A stretch of DNA of 64,000 nt from Octopus bimaculoides (GCF_001194135.2 NC_068986.1:6181067-6245066), one strand, 5' to 3'. Positions 50,811 through 63,494 are shown, counted from the stretch's first letter. Translations and numbers: made by a program. Notes: generated by a model from the sequence alone, not told the origin.

Positions 50811-51270
50811 CACTGGCAAGGCTGTGTGATTAAGAAGCTTGCTTCCCAATTACATGCTTCTGGATTCTGTCCCACAAAATGGCATCTTGGGTAAGTATCT
50901 CCAGCTAGAGCCTGAGGCTGACTTGACCAAAGTCTTGTGAGTGGATTTGGTAGACAGAAACTGAGAGAAGTCTGTCATATATATATACATATATGTATAT
51001 AAATAATATGGGTGGCTTATTAGCAAGTTAACAACCTAAAGGCAAATTTATAGATGTCACTAAAGTGATAGAAGGTAGTAAGTGGTACGAGTATTGCTAG
51101 AAATAAGAGTCAAAACAACTCAATAGCCACAAATGCACTATCTTAATGACTGACAAGGGAGACAAGTTCCTTAGCGGACAGCCAGATCACTGGTGATTTC
51201 AAATTTTGATGCAGAGCATCTTAATTCTCATTGGTGGCTCTTACCACGCCTAGGGTTAAACTCAACTCAC

Positions 51271-51306
51271 CTTGTCAGCTTATAAGAAATCCGTTGAACT
51301 CATACA
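51271..51306 (-). other. Candidate non-coding exon
   Basis: Acceptor tttactatttttgaaatcag, donor AAG|gtgagt; stops in all three frames. Confidence 0.25.
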
Positions 51307-51839
51307 CTGATTTCAAAAATAGTAAATAAAGAAAGAAATAGTTGGAGAAAGGGAAGAATTTTCTCCAATACTGATATTTTATTTATTGACCTTGAAAGAT
51401 TAAAAGGCAAAACTGACTTTGGTGGAATTTGAACTTGTGCACAGAGCTGGAATGGTTACTGCAAAGCAATCTATTTGATACTCTAACAAACCTGCCAAGT
51501 AGAATGAGGGGCAAGAAAGGAGTATAACTATGAGAAAGAAGGGGCCAAAACAGAAAAGGGTTTTTGTTGTAGTGGAGCTACATTATCTTATTCTTTTACT
51601 CTTTTACTTGTTTCAGGTTTTTGACTGCGGCCATGCTGGAGCACTACTTTAAAGGATTTTTTAGTCAGAGAAATTGACCTGCCATGCAGTGGGACTGAAC
51701 CAGAAACATGTAGTTGGGAAGTAAGCTTCTTACCACACAGCCACACATGCTCCAATGACTACTCATATTTTAAAAGAGAGGGTGGAAGTGACCAAATGGA
51801 GCTGAAAAGCAATAAAAAAGAAGTATTAATGGGTAGACC

Positions 51840-51930
51840 TTCAAGTCTTTTTGCTAAACCACTAAGTTATGGGGACATAAACACCAATACTGGTTGTCAA
51901 GCAGTGACAAGCAGGGACAAGCACAGACAC

Positions 51931-51993
<63 letters not shown>

Positions 51994-52150
51994 CAACAGG
52001 TTTCTTTCAGTTTCTATCTACCAAATCCACTCACTAGGCTTTGGTCGACTTCAGGCTATAGTAGAAGACACTTGCCCAAGGTGCCATGCAGTGAGACTGA
52101 GCCCTGAACCATGTGGTTGGGAGGTAAGTGTCTTACTACTTAGCCACACT
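51840..52150 (-). mobile_element. SINE family A copy
   Basis: Matches 19141-19547. Confidence 0.85.
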
Positions 52151-53029
52151 TGTGTTTATCCTAACATTTTCTTTACAAAATATTTTCCATGCAGATAGCA
52201 TTCTCAAGTAGTTTTGGTCACCATGGAAATTACTACACCAATCTCCTTCTGAAATAATTTAACCCATTATGTATGTTATCTTATTGGGTTCTCTTTTAAT
52301 CTTGAAGCAAGGACAATTTCAGGTTTGTATGATCATGTATCTAATTACGAATCCTTCATTTCATTATCAAGTTTAGCTAACCTAGTAATTAATCTGTAAT
52401 TACTTTCATGTCTATTAATTTAACTTCCTAATATGGAATGTTTCATTTGCAAAAAAAAAGAAAAAAAAAAAAGAACCCCAAAATCAAACAAAAAAAACCC
52501 TTTCATGTTTCAAAGAAATCACAAGCACAAAACACATTCACTCTATCCTCCATCTCTCTCTCTCTGTATGACCGCCTGTGTTTGTTTATTACTTTCTTTA
52601 TCTCTCTCATGTATATACAGTCACACCAATTAATGAATAAAGGCACAAGCAAAAGACATACATATATTTGATATATAATCGCATGCACATATGTATAAAC
52701 TAAATAAGCATTCAGTTATGCTAATAGACATATATAAAAAGCCATATGCAGTCATTTAAAACTTTATATGCATGCATATACACTCATACTTGAGGAACGA
52801 CAATCATACATACATACATACAATATACACACATGAATTCTTTCTCTCTCTTCATCTCTTTCTCTCTCTCTCTCGCACTCACACACACACACACACACGT
52901 ATACACATAAACACATAACACATATACATGTACACACATGAATACAGACACTGGAGTTTGGCACAGTCCTCTGGCTCACTTTCAAATCATCTGACCCATA
53001 CTGGCATATAAAACAGATGTTAAATGACA

Positions 53030-53052
53030 GTAACGATGATGACGATGATGAC

Positions 53053-53092
<40 letters not shown>

Positions 53093-53111
53093 GTGGTGAT
53101 GATGATGGTGG

Positions 53112-53167
<56 letters not shown>

Positions 53168-53171
53168 GTGG

Positions 53172-53228
<57 letters not shown>

Positions 53229-53444
53229 CGACGACGATGATGATGCTGCNNNNNNNNNNNNNNNNNNNNNNNNNNNNNNNNNNNNNNNNNNNNNNNNNNN
53301 NNNNNNNNNNNNNNNNNNNNNNNNNNNNNNNNNNNNNNNNNNNNNNNNNNNNNNNNNNNNNNNNNNNNNNNNNNNNNNNNNNNNNNNNNNNNNNNNNNNN
53401 NNNNNNNNNNNNNNNNNNNNNNNNNNNNNNNNNNNNNNNNNNNN

Positions 53445-53488
<44 letters not shown>

Positions 53489-53492
53489 GTGG

Positions 53493-53549
<57 letters not shown>

Positions 53550-53605
53550 CGACGACGATGATGATGCTGCTGCTGTTGCTGCTGCTGCTGCTGATGATGA
53601 TGATG
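53030..53605 (+). repeat. Expanded (GAT)n array, partly gapped
   Basis: Starts directly after an RTE-type tail end (...AAAACAGATGTTAAATGA). Confidence 0.9.
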
Positions 53606-54459
53606 AAAACACAGAATTTTAATCAGTACTTCAATAGCATTTTGTTTCTAATCATTGCCATGACAATTCTATTGTATAACACTTACATTATTCATCAGCT
53701 TGCTCTCTGTATACTTTCATTTCTTAATGAATATTCATGTATTTTCCATGCTAGACTGAATAGTTTTGCAAACTCATATATTTGGAAGAACAGTTACGAA
53801 TAGATTGGAGGTTTAAGGTTGGATATATCTTCTTTGTGTTAAAAATCCTTGTTTTCAGTGAAATCATGGGAATTTAGGTTAGTAGTTCAACTATTTAATT
53901 ACTTAGCTACTGTATTTCTGTACATATTGATTTCTTAGACAAGCACAATGACTCAGATTAATTAAAAGCAAGAGCAATGGGATGTTATGACCCACATCCA
54001 TTCTCCATGAACAACTGTGGTTTAAGGAAAATGAATTAGCCTTGTTTCTTTATTTTATTCTACTTTTTATTTTTTACCTGCAGCTGTCAACTTGTAAAGT
54101 ATTCAAGAACATTAATGGCATCTATCTCTTACCAATCTTGAAGAACTTATGAAAGCAGTGAGCACAGTTTCTTCCTCCAGACCATGTGAATGATAAAAGA
54201 CAACCAACAGAAACAAAACTAAGAACAGACATAGACGTGTGGTTCAGAAGCTTGCTGCGCAATCATATGTTTTCAGGTTCAGTTCTGCTGTATGGCAGCT
54301 TGGCCAGATGTCTTCTACTATAGCCCAACAACCAATACCTTGATAGTAAATTTCAGTACAATTGACAAATATTTTTAGGTTCTGCATTGACTATAAAGAG
54401 AACAGGAGTGTGAACTTCTTTCCAGTGCGACAAACTTCTTCAACCAACTGGTGAGCTAC

Positions 54460-54502
54460 TTCAGGCTGATGACGAGCAAAGACTCAGAAACATGTCCCTG
54501 AA
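54460..54502 (+). ncRNA. Minimal type-I hammerhead ribozyme motif with GUC cleavage site
   Basis: ttcagg-CTGATGA-cgagcaaagactca-GAAA-catg-TC-cctgaa. Perfect 6-bp stem I, gag/ctc stem II, palindromic stem III ACATGT. Confidence 0.8.
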
Positions 54503-54751
54503 TGCTGGCTAGGCTGGGTGGAGGAGTTTGTCTCCCCCTCGCAAACTTAAGGACACAGTAATTGTGTCAAGGCCGACAGGAAGCGGTCCAGCTTCCTAGA
54601 GCTAAACGGCAGTAGTGTATTCCCTTCTTGAGATTGTCACATTAAGTTGACAATATACTACAATGTTATCGCACCACTACTGCTTAAATCTCTCTGAGAG
54701 ATTTAGAAATATGATATTTCTAATTTATATATATATATATATATATAAATA

Positions 54752-55598
54752 CAGGGTGCGATGGGTAAATTGTTGCCATCTTATATTTTAAACTTCACGT
54801 ATGTGTATCGTTTGTATTTGATTTTGTCAACTACACAGCATAGTATGGTCAGTTGGGCACTGTTTGTGAGAAATCCAGCACCATGACACAATTCACTCTG
54901 CCAGAAATTTGGAAACAACATGCTGTACTGCTTGGCATTCATGCCAGAAACTCCAATACGAGCATTTCAGAGTGTTTGGGTGTCAATTTAAAAACAGTGC
55001 AATCTGAGGACATGTACTGAGAGTGATAAAAAACAAACATCCAGTCAACATCATGGTGTTTGAAGTGATCAGTAGTGATGGCAATCTTATGCCTCCATTC
55101 ATCTTCCCACATGGCCTCAGACTCAACATGGAGGCCTACATCAAGTGCCTGGAAGAGGTAGTGCTGCCCTGGGTCAAGAGGGTGACAGGTGGAAGACCTT
55201 ATGTCTGGCAACAGGACTCTGCACCATGCCACATAAGCAGGAGAACCAAATCATGGCTGTCATACAATTTCACTTCACCCCTAATATCTGGTCACCTCAC
55301 ACCCCAGACCGCAATCCCCTTGATTATTATGTGTGGGGTGCAGTTGAGCATGAGACCAACAAAATTCACTGTAACATCAAAGATGAACTGAAGGCAAAGA
55401 TTATGGCAGCATTCACCAACTTAAACAAGTCATGTGGAGGCCATGGTTGAAGCCAATGGCGATTTTATTGAATAAGTTTACTCTTTAGTATTTTAAGAAA
55501 TTCTTATGTAAGTTTGGTAAACATATCTGTTAAAATGAGATGTCAGTGTTATTTTCATTTTTGTGTAATTCTGATGACAGCTTATTCGCCGCACACTG
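54752..55598 (+). mobile_element. Internally deleted maT-like (DD37D-type) Tc1/mariner element
   Basis: TA-flanked imperfect TIRs CAGGGTGCGATGG / CGCCGCACACTG; N-terminus MTQFTLPEIWKQHAVLLG (54883) joined to VWQQDSAPCH...WSPHTPDRNPLDYYVWG. Confidence 0.75.
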
Positions 55599-55611
55599 TA
55601 TATATATATAT

Positions 55612-55669
<58 letters not shown>

Positions 55670-55830
55670 GGCTGCTTGGTAAGTAGCTTGCTTACCAACC
55701 ACATGGTTCCGGGTTCAGTCTCACTACGTGGTACCTTGGGCAAGTGTCTTCTACTATAGCCTCGGGCCGACCAAAGCCTTGTGAGTGGATTTGGTAGATG
55801 GAAACTGAAAGAAGCCCGTCATATATATGT
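55670..55830 (+). mobile_element. SINE A head (well conserved)
   Basis: GGTAAGTAGCTTGCTTACCAACCACATGGTTCCGGGTTCAGT...GGAAACTGAAAGAAGCCCGTC. Confidence 0.88.
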
Positions 55831-56464
55831 ATATGTATATATATATANNNNNNNNNNNNNNNNNNNNNNNNNNNNNNNNNNNNNNNNNNNNNNNNNNNNN
55901 NNNNNNNNNNNNNNNNNNNNNNNNNNNNNNNNNNNNNNNNNNNNNNNNNNNNNNNNNNNNNNNNNNNNNNNNNNNNNNNNNNNNNNNNNNNNNNNNNNNN
56001 NNNNNNNNNNNNNNNNNNNNNNNNNNNNNNNNNNNNNNNNNNNNNNNNNNNNNNNNNNNNNNNNNNNNNNNNNNNNNNNNNNNNNNNNNNNNNNNNNNNN
56101 NNNNNNNNNNNNNNNNNNNNNNNNNNNNNNNNNNNNNNNNNNNNNNNNNNNNNNNNNNNNNNNNNNNNNNATATTCACCTTTATATATTTATATATTTAA
56201 TCCTTTATATTGAACACTCAATATTTCATCTATTCAATAAGACATATTCCATATATTCAATAAGACATTCAATACTTTATTTCATAGTACCGTCCATTTT
56301 TATTTTATATTATATATTGTATATTATATTATATATTGTATATTCCATATTCTATATCCCACATTGGTTTTGCAGGAATATAAATAAAACATAAAAAACA
56401 GACAGTGTTGGAACTCTTTTAAACAAAATAATATATATATATATATATATATACATTCATATAT

Positions 56465-56496
<32 letters not shown>

Positions 56497-56628
56497 AGTT
56501 TGAATTTACCGAAAACAAAAGATGACAACAAGTGAGGGAACAACAAGCAGGTGTATTAGTTTGATGGTCAAGAGGAATGGAAAAGTCTTTGATGTTTTGA
56601 GATTATTGGTTCAACATGATGAAATGTA

Positions 56629-56666
<38 letters not shown>

Positions 56667-56712
56667 CATTTAAAATATAGAGATGCCTATAATAGGACAT
56701 CTACCCGCTAGA

Positions 56713-56979
56713 AAGAGTAGCAAAAAACTCTATACCACAAAAATAGGGATAATTTCGAAAGAGAGTGAAAAATAAAAACATTTTTACCAGTCTACACTCT
56801 GTACCATGGTTTCAAGCTATTTAGCTAGATAAAATTATATCTAACTCTGGGGCTTTCATCAGCAGAGATCCGGATTAGCGTGTAAACTGGTAAAAATGAG
56901 ACTGGTAAAAATGTTTTTATTTTTCACTCTCTTTCGAAATTATCCCTATTTTTGTGGTATAGAGTTTTTTGCTACTCTT
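56713..56979. repeat. Perfect 81-bp inverted repeat (56713-56793 / 56899-56979) around a 105-bp spacer
   Basis: Arms checked base by base; the right arm abuts an N-gap. Confidence 0.92.
56797..56867 (-). ncRNA. Type-I hammerhead ribozyme motif with extended stem II
   Basis: Minus: ctctg-CTGATGA-aagc[cccag agttagata taattt tatctagct aaata]gctt-GAAA-ccatgg-TA-cagag. Perfect core, stem I ctctg/cagag, palindromic stem III ACCATGGT, GUA triplet. Confidence 0.85.
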
Positions 56980-58004
56980 NNNNNNNNNNNNNNNNNNNNN
57001 NNNNNNNNNNNNNNNNNNNNNNNNNNNNNNNNNNNNNNNNNNNNNNNNNNNNNNNNNNNNNNNNNNNNNNNNNNNNNNNNNNNNNNNNNNNNNNNNNNNN
57101 NNNNNNNNNNNNNNNNNNNNNNNNNNNNNNNNNNNNNNNNNNNNNNNNNNNNNNNNNNNNNNNNNNNNNNNNNNNNNNNNNNNNNNNNNNNNNNNNNNNN
57201 NNNNNNNNNNNNNNNNNNNNNNNNNNNNNNNNNNNNNNNNNNNNNNNNNNNNNNNNNNNNNNNNNNNNNNNNNNNNNNNNNNNNNNNNNNNNNNNNNNNN
57301 NNNNNNNNNNNNNNNNNNNNNNNNNNNNNNNNNNNNNNNNNNNNNNNNNNNNNNNNNNNNNNNNNNNNNNNNNNNNNNNNNNNNNNNNNNNNNNNNNNNN
57401 NNNNNNNNNNNNNNNNNNNNNNNNNNNNNNNNNNNNNNNNNNNNNNNNNNNNNNNNNNNNNNNNNNNNNNNNNNNNNNNNNNNNNNNNNNNNNNNNNNNN
57501 NNNNNNNNNNNNNNNNNNNNNNNNNNNNNNNNNNNNNNNNNNNNNNNNNNNNNNNNNNNNNNNNNNNNNNNNNNNNNNNNNNNNNNNNNNNNNNNNNNNN
57601 NNNNNNNNNNNNNNNNNNNNNNNNNNNNNNNNNNNNNNNNNNNNNNNNNNNNNNNNNNNNNNNNNNNNNNNNNNNNNNNNNNNNNNNNNNNNNNNNNNNN
57701 NNNNNNNNNNNNNNNNNNNNNNNNNNNNNNNNNNNNNNNNNNNNNNNNNNNNNNNNNNNNNNNNNNNNNNNNNNNNNNNNNNNNNNNNNNNNNNNNNNNN
57801 NNNNNNNNNNNNNNNNNNNNNNNNNNNNNNNNNNNNNNNNNNNNNNNNNNNNNNNNNNNNNNNNNNNNNNNNNNNNNNNNNNNNNNNNNNNNNNNNNNNN
57901 NNNNNNNNNNNNNNNNNNNNNNNNNNNNNNNNNNNNNNNNNNNNNNNNTGGCAATATACTACACTTTATCGTGCAGTTACTGTTAATACTTCATTTAGAG
58001 AATT

Positions 58005-58051
<47 letters not shown>

Positions 58052-58151
58052 CTGGATGCCCTTCTTAATGCCAACCACCTAATAGTGTGGACTGAGTACT
58101 TTTTACATGGTGTGTGTGTGTGTGTGTTTGAATATTTATACATGTACTCAC

Positions 58152-58204
58152 ACTTGTATGTCTGTATATGAAAGTCTCAGCTTGTGAGACATATTTGTAA
58201 CTTT
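58152..58204 (-). other. Candidate exon (KVTNMSHKLRLSYTDIQ)
   Basis: Acceptor ttttttaatcaacag, donor AGT|gtgagt; one open frame containing ATG. Confidence 0.25.
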
Positions 58205-58650
58205 CTGTTGATTAAAAAACTAAAAGGAAGTATATATTTTCATCTATACATACAAATGTGGCTATTACAGAACACACCCATAATGCTACACATTACAAAT
58301 GAACCTAACTCAACACCACATGCTTGCATTTAAACTGGCTATATCCAGCCAAAATATTCTACTTGTTTTATCTTCAAGCCAACCAGACCTAACTTAAACG
58401 ATCACATTATAGAAATTTCATAGTCGAGATATGAGTAATTCAAAACAAAAATAATGAATAAACATTACATTTGACATTTGAATGTAAAGCGTTAACTTCT
58501 TATCCATATTCAAATATCTATTTGTCTTTGTGTGAACAAAAAGTTATATGTCTATAAGCAGCTATTTTTATTCATCTATATTGTACCATTCAGCATACTT
58601 TGGATTTCAATAACCCAATCACCATCTTGCTTTTGTTTTTCACTTCTATT

Positions 58651-58702
<52 letters not shown>

Positions 58703-59272
58703 TTATATATATATTGATCTATTTCAATGATATCCTTTTTAACGAGAAATAAAGTTTTCATTTGAAATCTAAAGATAGGATCTAGAATGAAAGTTAGCTT
58801 CAGTCTGCTTTGAAAATTGTAAGTTTGGAATTCTATACTATACTGATGTTTATCATGATAGCATCAACTCTTGTATACTTGCCAATCAAAGAAATATAAG
58901 GCTTATTTATAGCTTGAATTAAGAGATAGTTTTAATAGAGTTTGAAAAGGAATTCAATGGATCAATCGAAGAAATATATTTTAGGAAATCAATAAAAATT
59001 AAAGACAAACTTATTTTTGAAAAATGTTAAAACCTGGTAGAATTTTTATATATTTTTGCCTTTTTAAAGAAAACCTACTTTTCTTATGTAAGAATAAACA
59101 AACACACAAACACTAACCTAACTATTTTGTTATTCTTATTTCTATTTCCTGCTGGATAAATAATTGATAAAGTTATAAGATAACCAATACTATTACAGTC
59201 CATGACCATATCAATTGTTACTGATATATATATATATACTGATATGTATATATATATACATATATATGTGTG

Positions 59273-59339
<67 letters not shown>

Positions 59340-59532
59340 ATAGCAAGTATTTATGAAGTTTCTAATGGAAAGAGGTTGCTTTTTCACAGGGATGTATTTT
59401 ATTCAAGTGTACACCGGTTTAATGTACTTTGGGTTTAATTAATTTGTGTTAGTATTAGTGTTAACACTTATGAAGTTCCAGTTGTTGTTATAAGTGTTTT
59501 CATCCAGTCAATATAGGAGAACAGAATTTTAA

Positions 59533-60128
59533 TAATATAATATAAAGAAAATAGATAATTTGAACACAGGAAAATCAATTTATTTATATAATAGTCAATT
59601 TCATATCACTTACATATGTTTCAATTTCTAACCTTCATTCATATTTTGCAACTGAGATTGCATTATGCATTTAAAAATCTCTTCAGGGCAAAAATATTTG
59701 TTCACATCCTAATGGATGAAGAGTTGCTTACAGACTGAGATAGCATGCTTTTGTGCGTAACGGGTTAATTGCTTATCCATACTTGAATATCTATTTGTAT
59801 TTGTGTGAACAAAAAGGTATATGTCTGTAAGCAGCCATTTGTATTCAGCTATATTGTACCATTCAGCATGGTTTGGATTTCAATAACCCAATCCCTATCT
59901 TGCAATCTCAGTCTGTAAGCAACTCTCCATTCATTAGGATGTGAACGAATATTTGTCAATTTTTGCCCTGAAGAGATTTTTACATTTCAAATGTATAATG
60001 CAGTCTTAATTGCAAAATATGAACGAAGGTAGGAAATTGAAACATATGTAGGCAATATGAAATTGACTATTGTGTAAATAAATTGATTTTTCTATGTTCA
60101 AACTCTCCATTTTCCTTATATCATATTA
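59533..60128. repeat. About 600-bp foldback with ~210-230-bp diverged arms (59533-59745 / 59901-60128)
   Basis: Arms align with scattered, mostly transition, mismatches and two short indels. Confidence 0.85.
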
Positions 60129-60147
60129 TATATGTATATTTATATAT

Positions 60148-60650
60148 ATAATAACTATAATTATATATTATTTATATAATATATGGTCTATTTAAAGCAG
60201 CTAAACGTAAACAATTGACTGAAAAAATATGAGCTGAACTACTGAGAATTGAACATGACATCAATGCTTAAATGGCTTCGTGCACATCCAATTCAGTCAC
60301 ATAGCCCACCCATCAATTTCAGCCGATTTTAATGTATAGATAATTTTTGTCTAGTATACATATATTTATAAATTTGTTAACAAACCCGAAGGCTGTAAAT
60401 TACAGAGAAGAGTGACACACATAGGTCCTTTTTAATAATAACTATAATTATATATTATTTATATAATGTATGCTCCATTTAAAGTAACTAAACCTAAACA
60501 ACTGACTGAAAAAAAGATGAGCTGAACCACTGGGAATTGAACACAACATCAATGTTTACATAGTTCTGTATGCACCCACTTCAGCCATATAGCCCACCCT
60601 TCAATTTCAGCTGATTTTAATGTATAGATAATTTTAGTCTAGTATATATA
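60148..60650 (+). repeat. About 220-bp diverged tandem duplication (60148-60370 / 60434-60650)
   Basis: ATAATAACTATAATTATATATTATTTATATAAT...TTTTAATGTATAGATAATTTT shared. Confidence 0.85.
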
Positions 60651-60709
60651 TCTATATTTATTTTTATATATATATACATATACACACACATACATACATA
60701 CATACATAT

Positions 60710-60745
<36 letters not shown>

Positions 60746-62454
60746 ATATATGTGTATATATATATANNNNNNNNNNNNNNNNNNNNNNNNNNNNNNNNNN
60801 NNNNNNNNNNNNNNNNNNNNNNNNNNNNNNNNNNNNNNNNNNNNNNNNNNNNNNNNNNNNNNNNNNNNNNNNNNNNNNNNNNNNNNNNNNNNNNNNNNNN
60901 NNNNNNNNNNNNNNNNNNNNNNNNNNNNNNNNNNNNNNNNNNNNNNNNNNNNNNNNNNNNNNNNNNNNNNNNNNNNNNNNNNNNNNNNNNNNNNNNNNNN
61001 NNNNNNNNNNNNNNNNNNNNNNNNNNNNNNNNNNNNNNNNNNNNNNNNNNNNNNNNNNNNNNNNNNNNNNNNNNNNNNNNNNNNNNNNNNNNNNNNNNNN
61101 NNNNNNNNNNNNNNNNNNNNNNNNNNNNNNNNNNNNNNNNNNNNNNNNNNNNNNNNNNNNNNNNNNNNNNNNNNNNNNNNNNNNNNNNNNNNNNNNNNNN
61201 NNNNNNNNNNNNNNNNNNNNNNNNNNNNNNNNNNNNNNNNNNNNNNNNNNNNNNNNNNNNNNNNNNNNNNNNNNNNNNNNNNNNNNNNNNNNNNNNNNNN
61301 NNNNNNNNNNNNNNNNNNNNNNNNNNNNNNNNNNNNNNNNNNNNNNNNNNNNNNNNNNNNNNNNNNNNNNNNNNNNNNNNNNNNNNNNNNNNNNNNNNNN
61401 NNNNNNNNNNNNNNNNNNNNNNNNNNNNNNNNNNNNNNNNNNNNNNNNNNNNNNNNNNNNNNNNNNNNNNNNNNNNNNNNNNNNNNNNNNNNNNNNNNNN
61501 NNNNNNNNNNNNNNNNNNNNNNNNNNNNNNNNACAACACAAAACATTCAGACATGATACAAAAGAGGGACAAGAAAAAACATCGATGGGTCATTTGAAGT
61601 TTTCTTTCCTCAGTTGTGTTCCAGATTATCTTTGCAATTTCGGCTGATTATACTCGAGATTGCTCCAGTCTGGCCAGCCCCAAGAAAAAACTAAGCTAAG
61701 AGCATTAGATTCATTGGAAGAAAGCAGCGAATGTATACAAAAACAAGGACGGAAAAAAAGATGGAGAAATGGTACACAAATACAAATGCAAATAACAGGA
61801 CATAACAACAGTTGTCTTTCGGCTAAGGATGAATTAAATCAAGCTGGCATGTGTGGAAGTGAAGCCTTATGGCAGGGACATAAGAGATGACAGGCATGGG
61901 GAGGAATAATGTTGCATGGATGGTAGTTGAATCAAAAGAGAAAGGAAAGGCTTGGCTGAACACCGGTCACGTGGAGAGAGAGAGGAGAGAGGTAGAGGCA
62001 GAGGGACAGAAGAATTAGGGAGGGACGAGAAAAAAGGGAGAGAGTGAAGTGAAAGGGGGGGGGAAGGTGAGAATGAAGAGAAAGCCAGGAAACGTGAAAG
62101 AGGGGGAACGAAAGAAAGAAGAGTGGAAAGAACGAAGTGTGAAGGGGCTGACAGAAAGAAAGAATGAAAGAATAAAAGAGTCATATATATATGTAACTAT
62201 TTATTTGTATAAAAATGCATGTGTGTGTGTGTGTGTGTGTGTGCGTGTGTGTGCCTCTATATGTGTTTATCTTACATTTTTAGAAAGTGTGTCTAGATTT
62301 GATAATAAAATCATAAGAGATTATAAGACAATGATTAAGTGACTGATAACGTGCATTCTGTATTCTATGTGCTTGAACTGTATGGACAAATGTGTTCATA
62401 CAATACAGGTTTAATGCACACATAAACATATGCTTACACATACATGTGCACATG

Positions 62455-62854
62455 TATCATCATCAACATCATCATCATTGTCATCATCGTTGGCATCATT
62501 TAGCCTATTTTGTTTTCTGTGCTGGCATGGGTTGGATGGTTTGACACAGTCAAATGAACAAGAGGTTTGCACTAACTTCCAGTGTCTGCTTTGGCATGAG
62601 TTCTTCATTTGGCTGACCTTAACACCAACCATTTTCACAGAATGTGTGGGGTGTCCTTTTCATGGTACCAGCATTGATGAGGGTGCCAAGCATCCCCTAA
62701 CCTTGATCACCTCAACTGAGTGGTGAGGCGATAAGAATTGAGCAATTGGAATATAAAGTGGAGAGACAGTAGCAGGTGTCTTGCTGAAGAGGTGAGCACA
62801 TGACTTCCCCATATGGAGAGAGAGGGTGAGAGCAATAAAGAGAGAGAGAAAGAC

Positions 62855-62885
<31 letters not shown>

Positions 62886-63494
62886 TGTGAGGTCATGGTA
62901 CAAAGTGAATATGAAAGAGAATAAGATAGAAGAACATAAAAGGTGGATGTGTTAGCAAGTGCAGAGTGCAAGAAAGACAGAGAGAAAGAGAAAGGGAGAG
63001 AAAGAGAGAGAGAAAGAGAGAGGGAGAGAAAGAGAGAGAGAGAAAGAGAGAGGGAGAAAAAGAGAGAGAGAATAGTGTGACAGATGATTAGAGTTAAGAA
63101 ATGAATTTGATGCAGAGAACGTCAATTCAGCAGAAGGGAAGTGAAGGAAGGAAGGAAGAGAGAAAGGAAGGAAGGAAGGAAGGAAGGAAGTGAAGGAAGG
63201 AAGGAAGGAAGTGAAGGAAGGAAGGAAGGAAGGAAGGAAGGAAGGAAGGAAGGCACTGCTGAAGAGTAGCAGAAAAGTAGGTGTTAGGAGATGTGTTGCT
63301 GGGGAAGGTTTGACAAGAAACGTCCATTCTGCTGAGATGGACATGTCAGTTTTCTCAAGCAGAGCATATCACCATTCATCTTGGTTCTCCATCATCATCT
63401 GTAAAAGGCTCAACACTTTGAGGTCAGTCTTCACCACTTCATCCCATATCTTCCTAGATTTCCTGCTTCCACAGATACCTTCTATGTTCAGTGA

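Noticed and set aside
53017-53803. Poly-Asp, poly-Met and poly-Ser ORFs
   Set aside because: Translations of a (GAT)n array and an N-gap.
56896-58068. Longest ORFs in the track (about 345-390 aa)
   Set aside because: Almost entirely N-gap; the same applies to those at 22071, 36292, 47213 and 60617.
61600-61900. CpG-containing repeat with TTTCGG motifs resembling a PLE terminus
   Set aside because: No CUGANGA core or NUH site could be assembled; family unassigned.
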